The position numbers and the translations under genes are program-made. A stretch of DNA of 64,000 nucleotides, taken from Lama glama. Taxonomy: Eukaryota. The notes under the pieces are model-generated. The model was not told the DNA's origin and ran no database searches. It was given only the letters and a program-made list of their open reading frames with translations. This document shows, one piece after another, positions 25,151 to 37,911 of the stretch (within the stretch, counting starts at the first letter, position 1; each line of letters begins with the position of its first letter). The stretch lies in contig CM052817.1 of assembly GCA_028534125.1 (NCBI GenBank), forward strand, positions 1,490,001 to 1,554,000. The letters are read 5' to 3'.

Positions 25151-26947
25151 CCTGTGCAGCCCGAGGCTGCGAATGGGACGAGAGTTCACATCCAGCTCCG
25201 TCACGGTCCACGCGTCCCAGGGATGGAGCCAGAGATGGCAGTTCTGACTTGAGGGTGGCCACAGACTCAGACGTTGCCCGGACAGTTCAGAGCCCTTTCT
25301 CTCCTGTCCGTCTTCCCGCCGTTGCTTCCTGACTCCTCACCCCGTACTAACCGCTGTCAGTGTCATCCTTGCCCCTTCTGGCTCACTCGGCAGATTGTCG
25401 CCACTGGGTCCTTCTAGGAAACTGACGAGGTCATCTCTCCCTGCTGCTTAGAACCCTCCATGGCTCCCTAGCCCCTTCAGGACGGGAGTCACATGGAGAC
25501 GTGGCCCTGCAGCCTGTCGGGTTGGCCACCTGTGCTCTGTCCTGTCCCTTCCCCCTCTGCCCCAGTTGGGCCCTCAGTGTTCTGCCAGACCATCAGTTGC
25601 TCTTGGGAATCCTCCCCAGACCCTCCCACTTGAGCAGACAGCCTCACTGCGCGTTTCTGTGTCCCCGAGGATGTTCCCGGCGCAGACCTTTGCTCCCCTG
25701 GGTGGGCCCGTCCTCCCAGTGTGCAGACCTGAGTGGGAAAGCTGTGGGCGGGCCAGCATCAGCAGGGGCTGGGGCAGCAGGGCCGGGACCCAGGCAGCCC
25801 CGCCCTCGTGAAGCTTGCGTGACATGAGGAAGGCAGAGTGAAACCCATAGGTTACAAGTGGGTCTTCAGTTACAACTGTGGTGAGGGCTGAGAGGGACAG
25901 TAACGGATTTTAGTGTGTTTGATGGGAGGGCCCACCTGGGTCTCGGGTGTTGGGTGGTGAGAGCAAAGGCAGTGATGGTTTCTCCAAGGAAGTGCCATCT
26001 AGGCTGTGGCCGGGAGGATAACCCAGATCAGCAAGGTCAGGAGCTGAGGTTAGGATGTTCTGGAGTGTGGACACAGCGTGGGCATGTTGTGGGTCAAGAA
26101 GTAGCCCGAAGTCTGAGGACCAAGGGAGGACCCGTGTATCCTGGGGCGTGGCGGGCAGGAGGGTCATGGACAGGCCAGGCCACGTGCAGGACTTTGGATT
26201 TTATGTCAGAGCAGCGGGAGCCGCTGGCACAGCCTAAGCAGGGGAGTGACACACCCTCACTGACACCCAGAAAGCCACTCCGGTGCTACGGGGGGTGGGG
26301 GGCGATGGCGTCAGGAATCGGGGCGGAGGCGGGGGCTGTGAGGTGGGGCTGAGGGAGGGCGGGCCCAAGGTGCTCGGGTGTGTGCAGGGAGCAGCCGACA
26401 GCTAGTCACTCCGCGAATACGTGGACCGCGACTTCAGACAAGGGTCTGCCCCGGAGCCGGAGGGGAGTGGTTCAGAGCTCAGCGTAAAATCCATCCTTCT
26501 TCAGGCCTGTACTGCACTTGGCCCAAGTGTGAGAGAACAGTGTAAGAGTTTACCATTTTTACCAGTGATCCCGAAGTTGTCTTTTTAGCAGCGATCTTGA
26601 AAATGTCAGGTGAGAATCAGCCGTAGGAACAGAGCTCATGCAAAAGGGCCTCATGTGCAGTGTGACCAGGGAGGAGCGTTAGAAGTGACCGACTTGTCTG
26701 AAGTTTGTTTGATCTATTCCATGAGCACCAGTTGCGTTTAAGACCTACGTCTGGTTCACGTCTGCCGCGCCGCGTGCAGCCTCGCAGGCGACCCAGGGAG
26801 CGCTCCTCGAGGTGTGCTCAGCCGCGACGCTGGTTGGCGGCAAGCCTACCCCGCAAGGTTTCAGCAATGACTTGTCTGTTTCTAGTTTAACTGCTCAGGT
26901 GAACAGAATATAAATTTTGGTATGTGATTAGAACTTTTTTTTTGTAG

Positions 26948-27146
26948 GCTTTACCGCCAGCACCTGTTCAGAATCACACAAATAAGCATCAGGTATTCAG
27001 TGCATCTCTTCAAGACCATATTTACCCGAGCTGTTTTGGGAGTGCTCCAGAGTGGAATAGTTCTAAATTTATAAGTCTCTGGGGATCAGAAGTGATGAAT
27101 GATAAGAACTGGAACCCTGGCGCGTTCTTGCCAGATACAGTTTCTG
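26948..27146 (+). CDS. FAM193A: FAM193A coding exon (ALPPAPVQNHTNKHQ...FLPDTVS)
   Basis: poly-T tract then tgtag| acceptor, G|gtaagg donor; 199 nt, phase 0-1; open frame translated by hand (absent from the ORF track). Confidence 0.92.
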
Positions 27147-27789
27147 GTAAGGAACCTGTTAACACTTTCTTAAAGTTCGAAGTGGCCTGAGCTGTGTGGA
27201 TTGCGTCCCCGTTCCTGCCCCTCCTGGGAGGGGCCCTGGAGCGGCCGAGCCCAGGCTGTGCTTCCCCTCGCCCCGCCTCTGGTGGGGGACCCCGGGCCCG
27301 CCCCCTCTCCTCTGCCGCCAGTGAGGCCCCACTGCACCGACCAGCAGAGCAAGTGCAGCCGCTGGCCAGCCGGGCCTGTGGACGCTGGGTCCCTCCCGTC
27401 CCAGGGCTGCTGAGCGTCTTGTCTCCAGGGTTGGCGTTTGGCCTTTGGTCCTCGAGCAGTGGTGGCAACTGGACCTCAGCCTAGGGCACTGGGGTGGCGC
27501 GGCCTGAACACTGTGACTTAATGCTCCTTTTCTCTCTTTCTGTATTGACTGACCCCTCACCCCACAATGGGATCTGTCCCCTCTAACAAGCACCTTCCTC
27601 CCAGCTGCCTCCGCTGCTGAGATGTGGCTGTCTCTTCAGTAGCAGGGTAGGGCACACCTGAAAAGGGGCTGGTACCTGTGCCTCTTCTCTGTCTTCATGT
27701 GATTAGAGCCCCTGAGGGCCCCACACCCACCCCTGCATGTGCTCAGAACAGCAAGCTAGACTTGACATCTGGTCTGTGCTTGGAAAGAG

Positions 27790-27965
27790 TTTCTAGCTGT
27801 GTGACCTTGGGCAAGTTGCTTAGCCTCTCTGAGCCTCAGTTTCTTCATCTTTAGCATACGAATAATAGTACTAAGCTCAGAAAGTAGTGTTAAGACATTA
27901 AATCAAATGACTTTTGGAGAGCACCCAGCACAGGAATTGGCATACAGTAGGTGCTCAGTACATTT
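27790..27965 (+). mobile_element. MIR SINE
   Basis: agctgtgtgaccttgggcaagttgcttagcctctctgagcctcagtttcttcatct MIR core; ends acagtaggtgctcagta. Confidence 0.85.
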
Positions 27966-28101
27966 TTTCCTGGATGAGAACCAGCCAACTCACATGGTCC
28001 CAGCCCCAGGGTTCATAGTCCAGGCAGCGGGTGTCCTTTAGGTTTTAGCTGAATGCTAGCTATGTCTTTGAGAAGCTTACTTTTCCTATTCTTCTCTGAA
28101 G

Positions 28102-28374
28102 GGAGTGATATATTAGGGCCAGCACTCTCAGAAACAAGACCTGAAGCCCTTCCGCCTCCATCTAGTGGTGAAACACCTGCAGTTTCGGAGAGTAAGGAGA
28201 AAAAAAATGCTGCAAAAAAGAAGTGTTTGTACAATTTCCAAGATGCTTTTATGGAAGCGAACAAAGTTGTGATGGCCACCTCGTCAGCCACCTCCTCCGT
28301 GTCCTGCACGGCCACCACGGTGCAGTCCAGCAACAGCCAGTTCAAGGTGTCATCCAAGAGACCGCCTTCCCTAG
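28102..28374 (+). CDS. FAM193A: FAM193A coding exon (SDILGPALSETRPE...SSKRPPSL)
   Basis: ctctgaag| acceptor, G|gtaagg donor; 273 nt, phase 1-1. Confidence 0.94.
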
Positions 28375-29684
28375 GTAAGGCCCCAGCTCGCGGGAGCCCC
28401 AGGATCGGCTGGCTCTGGGTGTCTGCTGCTGCTTCCTGGCCAGAGACGTCAGTGCAGCTGAACAGCCGGAAGTGCTCACACGCCACGAGCGTGTCCTCGG
28501 GGCTCTGTTAGGGTTCTCCTGCCACATCACTCTCTCCGCGGCCTTGCCACACTGTCCTGCCTTTCCTCTCTGCGCTTGCTGTTCTGTGACGGGAAGAGGC
28601 CGTTGCTCTGTGGGCGGGTGGAGAGGGGCTGATGGGGCCGCTGCCTGGCCTGGATGTGGCCCTGCTGCCACTCGGACCCTTGTGTGGGGGTGGCGTCACT
28701 GTCCCACTGGTCAGAGCTCAGGGAGCAGTCAGAGACCAGTGACAGATGGCAGGGGACCTGGGAACGGGATCCAAGAGGCCTCGCCAGCCAAGGTTAGGCC
28801 AGCGTGAGCATCAGAGGTGACAGAGTGGGTTGTGGCACACAGCCCAGTCAGGGTCCCCGAGGCGCTCGAGGCGGGGCGGGAGAGCTCTTTGCCAGAGACG
28901 CTGGCCGCTGCCACACGTTTGCAGGGACCACGGCCAGGCAGCGTCGTCAGTGGGGGTGGGGACACTGGGTGCCAGTTCGGGGAGTGCGGCACCCCTGGGC
29001 AGCCGGCAGATGACCAAGGAAGATAAGGTGCCCGTCACTGCAGGCGTCTGGCCAGCCGCCCTTGCACAGCTGACCACATGTAGCCTCACCGACAGGAGCG
29101 AGCATGTTCGGTGCCTCCTGTGCAGTCGGGTGGGAAGAGCCCGCAGAACTGCAACTCTGCAAAGTTCATGCCTGAAGCATCTCAGACAAATCTAACACGA
29201 GACTATAAATCCAAAATTGTGGACAGCTGGCCTGGGGTGACAAAATGTCAGGGTTGTGGAAGGAAAAAAGAAAGTTTAAAAGAGGTGGGTTGTGGGGGGA
29301 AGCTGCACGGGACACGTGGGGAGACAGGAGGAGTGCACCAGCCGAGACACCACATCGACGTTAATGTCCCGTGTGGTGAAAACAGCAAAGTGTGCGCATC
29401 CTAGGGGTCCAGGCTGGAGCGTTTAGGAGTGAGTGAGTGCAGCTAGCTTCCAAATGTTGAGCCAAAAACAAGTGTGAGTGTGAGAGAGAAATAAAGTAAA
29501 TGTAATGAAATATGAAATCGGGATGAATCCAGGCGAAGGGTGCATGCGTGTTCTTGGTACGATACCTTCAGGTTTTCTGAGATTCGAACATTTTCAGACC
29601 ACGAGCTGGTAAAAGAGTTTTAAGTCGGGAGCGTGAAAGTCTCCTGCCTGGGCTGTTGCAGTGACTCCCGTGTGTCTGACGCAG

Positions 29685-29967
29685 GTGAGGTCTTCCACGG
29701 CGTCAATAAGGAGGACCACAGGCACGGGGTGCCAGCCGCCCCCAGGAACAGCCCCACCGGTTTGGCACCGCTGCCCGCTCTCGCCCCCGCCGCCCTCCCG
29801 CCAGCCTCCACGCCTCACCTTGCAAATCTTGCAGCCCCATCCTTCCCCAAAACTGCCACCACCTCTCCCGGGTTTGTGGATTCGCGCAAGACCTTCTGCC
29901 CTGCTCCCGTGGCACCCCCGCCCCCCACCACAGACAGCTCCATGAGCGCACCTCCCAGCGTCTGCAG
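29685..29967 (+). CDS. FAM193A: FAM193A coding exon (EVFHGVNKEDHRHG...SAPPSVC)
   Basis: gacgcag| acceptor, AG|gtgagc donor; 283 nt, phase 1-2. Confidence 0.93.
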
Positions 29968-30411
29968 GTGAGCCGGGCCCTGCTGGGGAAGGCTGGGAGC
30001 ACTGTGGGTGTGGGCGCCGCGCCTGGGTCCGTGCAGCGGGGCGGGGGCTCCAGTCTCGGCCCCAGCTCTGTGGAGCCAGGCCGCCACGGACTGCACTCTG
30101 ACCACCACCGGACCACCAGCCGCGTCAGTCGGGGGCGGGCCTGGGTGTTTGGAGTCATATTTGTTTTACATTGATCAAAAAGCAACACAGTGAGCACTTA
30201 GCAGGGGTTTTTTTTAAGGCAGTTTTTGTTACTTTGGGACTCCCTCTTAGGAGCCCCCAGGATGGAGCGGCGGTGGGAGGGACAGTGGAGGGACCGCGTG
30301 CTGACAGCCCCCAGGTCTGCTCGCGGTCGCCGGGGGGCCGGTCGGGAGGACGTGTCACCCCGGGTGGGGGGCTGCTTGCTGATGGTGCCTGCGCGGTGTG
30401 CGCTTTTGCAG

Positions 30412-30595
30412 TGACCCCGACTGCGAGGGGCACCGCTGCGAGAACGGTGTCTACGACCCGCAGCAGGACGACGGGGACGAGAGCGCGGACGAGGACAGCT
30501 GCTCCGAGCACAGCTCCAGCACCTCGACCTCCACCAACCAGAAGGAGGGCAAGTACTGCGACTGCTGCTACTGTGAGTTCTTCGGGCACGGCGGG
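30412..30595 (+). CDS. FAM193A: FAM193A coding exon (DPDCEGHRCE...KYCDCCYCEFFGHGG)
   Basis: ttttgcag| acceptor, GGG|gtaagt donor; 184 nt, phase 2-0; CDCCYCEFFGH motif typical of the FAM193 family. Confidence 0.96.
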
Positions 30596-31728
30596 GTAAG
30601 TGCCGGCCTCGGCGCCGTGGGGCCTCGGCGGGGCCCGGGGCCCCGCGCTCGCGCCTAGATGCACGCGGTGGCTGCTTGTACACTGCAGGGTTCACGGTCA
30701 CCTAAGTTCACGCTAGAATTGTGAGACATGCGAGCGCCTTGGCAAGAATAGCGCACAGGCTGAATTCAGGGCCTGGTTGTGTCGCGGGTGAAGCTGTGTT
30801 TGCGTTGTGGTTAAAGTCAAGTACGGTCGAGAGCGGCGGCTCCACTCCTAGCTTGTACTGACCTCAAAGAAATAATGAAAAATGTTTGCCCCAAGGTTCC
30901 GTTATAAGGGTCTCATCGCTGCATTTTTGCATATGTTTGTGATTTTTTTTAAATCGTTGAAGGAGGGGCCTGCTAGCTCTCTGGGCGCAGAAATAGTCGA
31001 GCTCTGCGGTGGACAGCCATGCGGATAGGGCTGGGCCTGTGGTCCAGCGAGCTTGACCAGAGTGTGTGGGGACGCACCGCGGCCTGCGCCTCCCCCCGGG
31101 GCGGTCATTCCACCTGTGCGAGCAGGTGTCAGCGCCAGGCCGGGGCGGGCGGTGGGCAGAGCCAGGGCTGGTGGCGGTTCTTCCTCTACTTTGGTTCTGT
31201 CTGTGTTTCCTGATAGACACGTGCACTTGCTGGTAGTGGTCGGTGAGAAGCTTTGGCAGTGGGATCGGGGTTGATTTTTTTTCTTTCCAGCACTGAGGAG
31301 GGAACCTGCAAGCAGGTGAAAAGATACTGCAGGTGCTTTATTGACATGAAAAGACAGTCGCACTGCATCACGTGAAAAATGCGTTAATTAGTACTTGTAA
31401 TTGCTCCTTTCTCAGTTTAAAAATAACCGTTTGTGTACACAGTTCTACACACCCTGCATTAAAGATCTGTGTTCATGGAAGGTCTGTGTTCAGATCTTTC
31501 ATGAACATAGAAGCTTGACAGATTACTGCCGGCATACTTACTGCCTCTGGGCAACTTGGTGACAGGTTTTTCTTTTTCCTGCCGTTTGTTTCTTATTTAT
31601 TTACTTTTCATGATGAACAGGTATTACTTGAATAATAAGAAAAATTCATTTTTAATTTTATGCTTTGAGATTTGTTGTATTCAAAATCATTAAAACTTGA
31701 AACTTAACTTAGTTACATTTTTGTTTAA

Positions 31729-32370
<642 letters not shown>

Positions 32371-34417
32371 TGATGTCGAGGGTGAGAGAGTGCAATGACC
32401 AGCTCTCTTGGGCCTTTCCCACCTCGCCAGAGGGCGTGGGAAGTCCCCAAAGCAAAGAGCTACCGGCACGAGCCAGGTTGGCCCGGCGCTGGACCGCGGC
32501 TGGGCCTGTGGCTAGTGAGCGCACGTGTCGTTCCTGTCAGCGTCGAGAGTGTCGGGAGAGGTGGCTCCGCTAGAGTTGTCGCATCCGCCCCAGTTCCCTG
32601 GGAGGGCTTCCACAGGCCCCTGCAGGGGAGCAGTATCGGAGAGCTTCCTGTTTCAGCCACGGAAAGATTAGAGACGCCAGGCTGCAAGAGCCGCCTCAGT
32701 GGGCAGGCCTGGGGGATGCCTGGAGGGGACTCGGAGGGTCACGAGGGTTCTGGCAGTAGGATGGGTTGCTCTGGGTGGAGGTGAGGCCCTTGCCAAGTCA
32801 GAGGTCAGAGGAGGAGGTGGCATGCCCACAGTGGGCTGGAGGTCAGGCTGCATGTGTTGCTTCCAACTTAGCTCTTTGTGGTTGAAAACTAGTTGTGTTT
32901 GTTGTACTGAGTGGAGTAGCCGTCAGGAGGCCTGCTTGTACCTCACAGCCCTGAGGGAGGTCTGGACCTGCTCTCAGGTCTAATTAGGGGGCTTCGAAGG
33001 AGAGGCCTGCTTCTGCCCCAGAACATCTGGGTTTGCCAAGCCCTGCTGGCCCGGGGCGGGGGGACCTTCAGCATCAGGGTCCCAGGGGGCCCGAGGCCCT
33101 GGAGACTTCCCTCTGGGATTGGTTGGAGACTCAGAACGCATTTCGGGACTGCCCTCCGCTGGACTCCTGTCCTTTGTCCTTCAGGCCGTCTGATCCAAGT
33201 GATGCTACAGCCCCGACAGCCTTGCCACGTGCCGCCGCCCCCCCCCCCCCGCTTCCACGCACCCCCAGGAGCTCTCTCCTTGCACCGCACTTGCAGGGCG
33301 ACCCGCACACCTGTGCACATCTTGATGGCTGGCTGGTTGCTGGGATGAAGGCAGCACACCTGGGCTTTGGGTTCCCTTTGTGGCGGGTTCGGCCCAGACT
33401 GTGCTGTGGGAGGCACATGGCAGGAGCTGTCTGTCAGGTGCCGCCTCCCGAGAGGCTTCCCTCTAGCAGACGGAGCAGGATGTCATATAATTGTTACTTG
33501 AGTTGTCACATCGGGTGTTTTAAAAACCTGTCATTAAAATCTTCACCTAATTTTATATGTAAGTCTTTAAACATAAAGACAAGTAAATTCTCTCTAGAGA
33601 CTGCCTACTGAAATATTGTGGAAAAAAATTTAAATTTGGAAGGACCGTTACATTTTCCCATGCAAAATGTTTCTGCCAAAGATTCTTAGGAGCACAAGCC
33701 TTATGGAGCTCAGTGACGGAGGAGCCAGTCTCTGGTTTTTTATTTGTTTTCTAAACAGAAGGAATCGTTCCATTTATGCCCCAGGACTATGTTGTCACCA
33801 ATAAAACACGACTTGCACTTGAGGAGAAAATTGATTTCCCACTGACTTGGACAGCAGGAACAACCATTATGTGTTTGCCTTTCCTGTGCTGAGTATTTTA
33901 GGAAGCCACTTGCTCTGTCACAGTAGCGAAAATATGTTGGGAATTCTGTCTGCGGGTGGGAAAAGGAGTTTCGAAGTTTCTGGTGCCACTTTCCTCTGTG
34001 TCCTCCCGACCCTCGTGAGCACGTCAGCGCCGGCCACCACCTGCCCGGGTGCCTGCGGAGCCCTGGTGGCGCCCGTGAGGCCGTGTGACCGCTGTCCGTG
34101 CAGGGCGGCACCCCCGTCGCACTCGCACGGGGAGAGCCCTGCGGCGGGAGCGGAGCAGCGGCCCCGGCCTTGTTTCCTGTGCCTTGCTGTGAACTGCCGC
34201 CCCCGCCGTCAGGAGGGCGTGAGGACAGCAAGTCTGACGGTTCCGTGGAGTGGAGTGACTTGGCGTAGTTGCGTTTAAGCTTAGCCCCTTTGTAGCCCTT
34301 TTCCAAGTGTGTATTCTTACATGGTTCATTTTTTGAATTCACCTTGCTTTTCTGTGCGTCTTAGTGTTCAGAGCACTTACTGTTGTCTCACGTTGCCTTC
34401 TCCCTTCGCACCGGCAG

Positions 34418-35264
34418 CTGGAGGAGAAGGCGCGCCTTGAGGCAGAGGCCCGGGCCCGGGAGCACCTGCACCTGCGGGAGGAGCGGCGGCGGCGGGAGGA
34501 GGAGGAGGAGCGGCTCCAGGAGGAGTTTCAGCGGCTCCAGGAGCTTCAGAAGCTGAGAGCCGCGAAGAAGAAGAAGAAGGAGAGGCCGAGTAAGGACTGC
34601 CCCAAGCTGGACATGCTTGCTGGAGGTCTCCAGGCCGCCGCGGAGCCCGTGCCCTCCTCTGAGAGCATCCTCAACGGCTCCCTGGAGCCGACCGAAGACC
34701 CAGAGACCTCATCCCACTCCCCCTCCAGACACGCGGACCACACAGAGCCCAGGCCAGGGCCGGGGGCCGGCGGGGACACCAGCGACCCCGCCGACGCCAG
34801 GGACTCCAAGCTCCTCCTCCCGAAGGAGGCCAGCGGGAAGCGGCAGGAGCCTCTGTCCTTCCTGCTCGACGTGATGCATCAACACAGAGAGGGGCCCGGC
34901 AGACAGAAGCTGAAGCAGGCCAGCAAGGCCCCCGGCGAGCCGGCCAGGAAGGCCCTGGAGCCCCCCAGGGCCTTGGAGCCCCCGCCCAGGCCCCGGCCCC
35001 AGGCCGAGTCCAGGGCTAAAGTGCTGGACCTGGCCCCCCTGGCGGAGCAGAAGAGGGAGGAGAGGAAAGCCAACAGCAACAACAACAACAGGAAGCAGCT
35101 GAACCACGTCAGGGAGGGGAAGTCCAGCCCCAGCCCCGCCGAGCCCGCCGCCCCCGCCGAGCACTCGCCGGGCAGCAAGCTGGTGCCCGCAGACTCCCCG
35201 CAGCCCAAGGGCAAGAGCAAGAAGAACAAGAAGAAGAAGGGAGACAGAGCCAGCAGCTCAATCG
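34418..35264 (+). CDS. FAM193A: FAM193A large coding exon (coiled-coil LEEKARLEAE..., Lys-rich tracts)
   Basis: ccggcag| acceptor, G|gtaaat donor; 847 nt, phase 0-1; lies within ORF 34364-35413. Confidence 0.95.
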
Positions 35265-36280
35265 GTAAATGCAGGGCGGCACCCGTCCGTCCCTCCCGGA
35301 GGTTGGGTGCGGCCCTGGGGGGCATGCGCTTCGTGCTGTTGGTGGCCTGTGCGCCAGTGGTGGGGACAGATTGCCGCTGTCAATTGCGTTTTGTTATTTT
35401 GGAGTCATTTTAAACGTCCCAGAAGCTGCAAGAAAGAGTAGCGAGGAGCCCTGTGCGCTCCCAGCCCCGAGCAGCACGGCCCCACGCTCGCTCTGTCCTC
35501 TGCCCTCCCGTCACCTTTCTGAACCAGATGGAGTGGTTTCAGACGTGGTGCCCCTTGACCCTTAAATACTTCAGTGTGTGATTCCTCAAAATAAGGACAC
35601 TCTTAGAAAACCACAGTACAGGTGTCAGAATCAGGAGGTTAACATGGACACGATACCCCTGTCTGGCGGCGCCGTGGCAGCGATGGGTGGGCCCGCGTTA
35701 GCGGTGTCAGGGGCACAGCTGTGTCAGGGGTGGCTGATCCTGGGCCACGGGGGTGTCCGCCCAGTCTCTCCACTGCCAGTGTAGCGCTTGGCCTGTGACG
35801 CCCAAGTGTCTTGTGGGGAGAGGAGTCTCGTGTTTGGTTGTGTGCCCGCAGGGCAAGCATCCATAGACGGTTCTTACCTCGAGTGGGTACTGCTGTGTTG
35901 TTGGCCAAATGGTGATTTTTCCAACGTTTTTTCTACGTTTCTTATTTGGCTTCTGTACGGAAAGATTTCTTTCTCCTCGTGGTCTTTTTTTATTCATTCT
36001 GTTATTTACACGAGGGTGGATTCACACATTCTTACTTTCTGCCATAGACTGTGTTCCTTTACGAACGCTGTGGATTTGATGCTCTGACTGTCCCAGAGTC
36101 CATCAGTGGGAGCCCCCTTAGGATGGCTGCTCCGCCTGGTCATCCTTTGAGCACTCCTGTCCTTCTGGGTGGCTGCGTGTCCTAGGCTCACGAGCTGGAC
36201 AGCGGTGGTGAGCCTAGGCCTGGGTGCTACTGGTGTGTTGTTGCTCCCAGGTCCTCTCAGCTGGCAGAGCCCAGGAGGAG

Positions 36281-36310
36281 GTGTGTGTGCGTGCGTGCGT
36301 GCGTGCGTGC
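36281..36310. repeat. (GT)n/(GTGC)n microsatellite
   Basis: gtgtgtgtgcgtgcgtgcgtgcgtgcgtgc. Confidence 0.8.
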
Positions 36311-37911
36311 ACTGTGCACACGTCTGTGTCTCTGTCTCATTTCCGTAGTAAGTCCGAGTTAACGCTGGCAACCGTAGCCCTGACCCAGCACCACCGCGCT
36401 CCCCGTGGGCCCCGTCGTCCGCTCCCGCTGTCCGTTGTTTCCTGACCTGCTCGGTCCTGGGGCGCGTCCCGCGGGGGCTCGGGACTGCCCGCCTGCACCC
36501 GCACTTGCTGTGTGCTTGTACGCGGTCCGTTGTCTGTAGCCTGAGGGGATGAAGTGGTGAAGGGGCTCGGGCTGGCTCTTTGCCCCAGAGGACCTTCACG
36601 TTATTACCGCCTGTTTGGTGCCGTCGCGGGTGCTCCTCGGACACGCAGCCAGGTTCCCGTTCGGCTTGTTTTCCATCTGGTTTCTCGTCTCCCTCCCTGA
36701 ACCCTGTGTTTTTCCCCGTCCCATTCCCGCTGGGCTCCTCCCTTGCTCTTCCGCTTTGACGCGAGAGGTGGCAGAGGGGCCTCGTCGCCCTTGGCCTCCC
36801 GGCTTCTGGCGGGAGGCCCTCCCGCCCACCCGGGCAGCTCCTCCTCGGGCGCAGGTGTGCGTGGGCTCCGCTGCCCGCGCGAGCGCTCCGGCGTCGTGGT
36901 CGCTGTGAGCGCGCAGGGCCGTGGCGCACGCGGGGTGCGGGGTCGGGCTCCGCCCCGGGGCCCGCCTGCTGGGCCTGCTGGGCGGCTGCCCGTGGTTTCC
37001 CTTTGCATTTGCCTCCCGTGACAGTGAGGCCATGTTTTCAAGGGCTGTTTCTGTGTCTTGTGCTGTGAATTTTCCGTTCTGTCCTTTTCCCATTTTCCAA
37101 TTGGGTTTTGGTCCTTTCCCTTCCGTTTTCAAGAGTCCTTTGACCGCATCGCGTGCTGCAGGCACGTCCTCCCCGTTCCTGAGCTGTCTTCCGACTCGGT
37201 TTATGGCGCTTTTTAGCTCTGCACAGACTTTAGTCTTTACTTCCACATAGCCGGTTCATCGATCTTCTGTTGCCTCTGGACTTCAAATAACTGTCGGAAA
37301 GCTTTACGCTAACGTTAAGGTTTCTGAGGAATGTGCCCAAGTTTTCTTCCGTGTAAGCGTGGTTTCATTTTTTTCCACTTAACTCCTTGGTACGTTTTCC
37401 TGGAGTTCATTCTTGCGTATCATGTGATGCCTGAATGGTTTTATCCTTTTCCAAATGGTTGACCAGTTGTCCCAGCACCAGTTACTGAAAACCTCCCCTT
37501 GCCCTGGTGACTCATGGTGCCACCTCGTACTGCCCTAAACTTCCATTTTCCTCTGTGTGTTCACCCGCCTTCTCACACTGAGCTAGCTGCTCTCGGAGGC
37601 TCTGTGTGTGTTCATACTCCAGATGGACTCTGGTGTCAATGAGCCCAGCTCCCTGGAGAAAAAACAGACTTGTAGACATTGTTATTGGCATTGCACTGAA
37701 TTTATAAATTAATTTAGGGACAGTTGATGTCTCTGTGATAGTCCTCCCCAAGAGTAAAGGGCATTTGTGCATTTGTTCAAGTCTACTTTATGTCTTTTAG
37801 GACATAGATTTTTCTCATAGATTTTTCACATTTCTTACTAAGCTTATTCCTAAGTATTTAATCTTCCTTGTTTTTAACTGTAAGTGTTCTCTGCCCCCAC
37901 GCCCTCCACTC

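Noticed and set aside
26990..26998. Internal CAG|GTATTC donor in exon 26948-27146
   Set aside because: Weaker than the real G|gtaagg donor and would frameshift; nothing else supports it.
36006..36929. 307-aa minus-strand ORF
   Set aside because: Low-complexity Arg/Gly/Pro translation of GC-rich decayed repeat sequence; no recognisable domain, and stop-poor only because of GC content.
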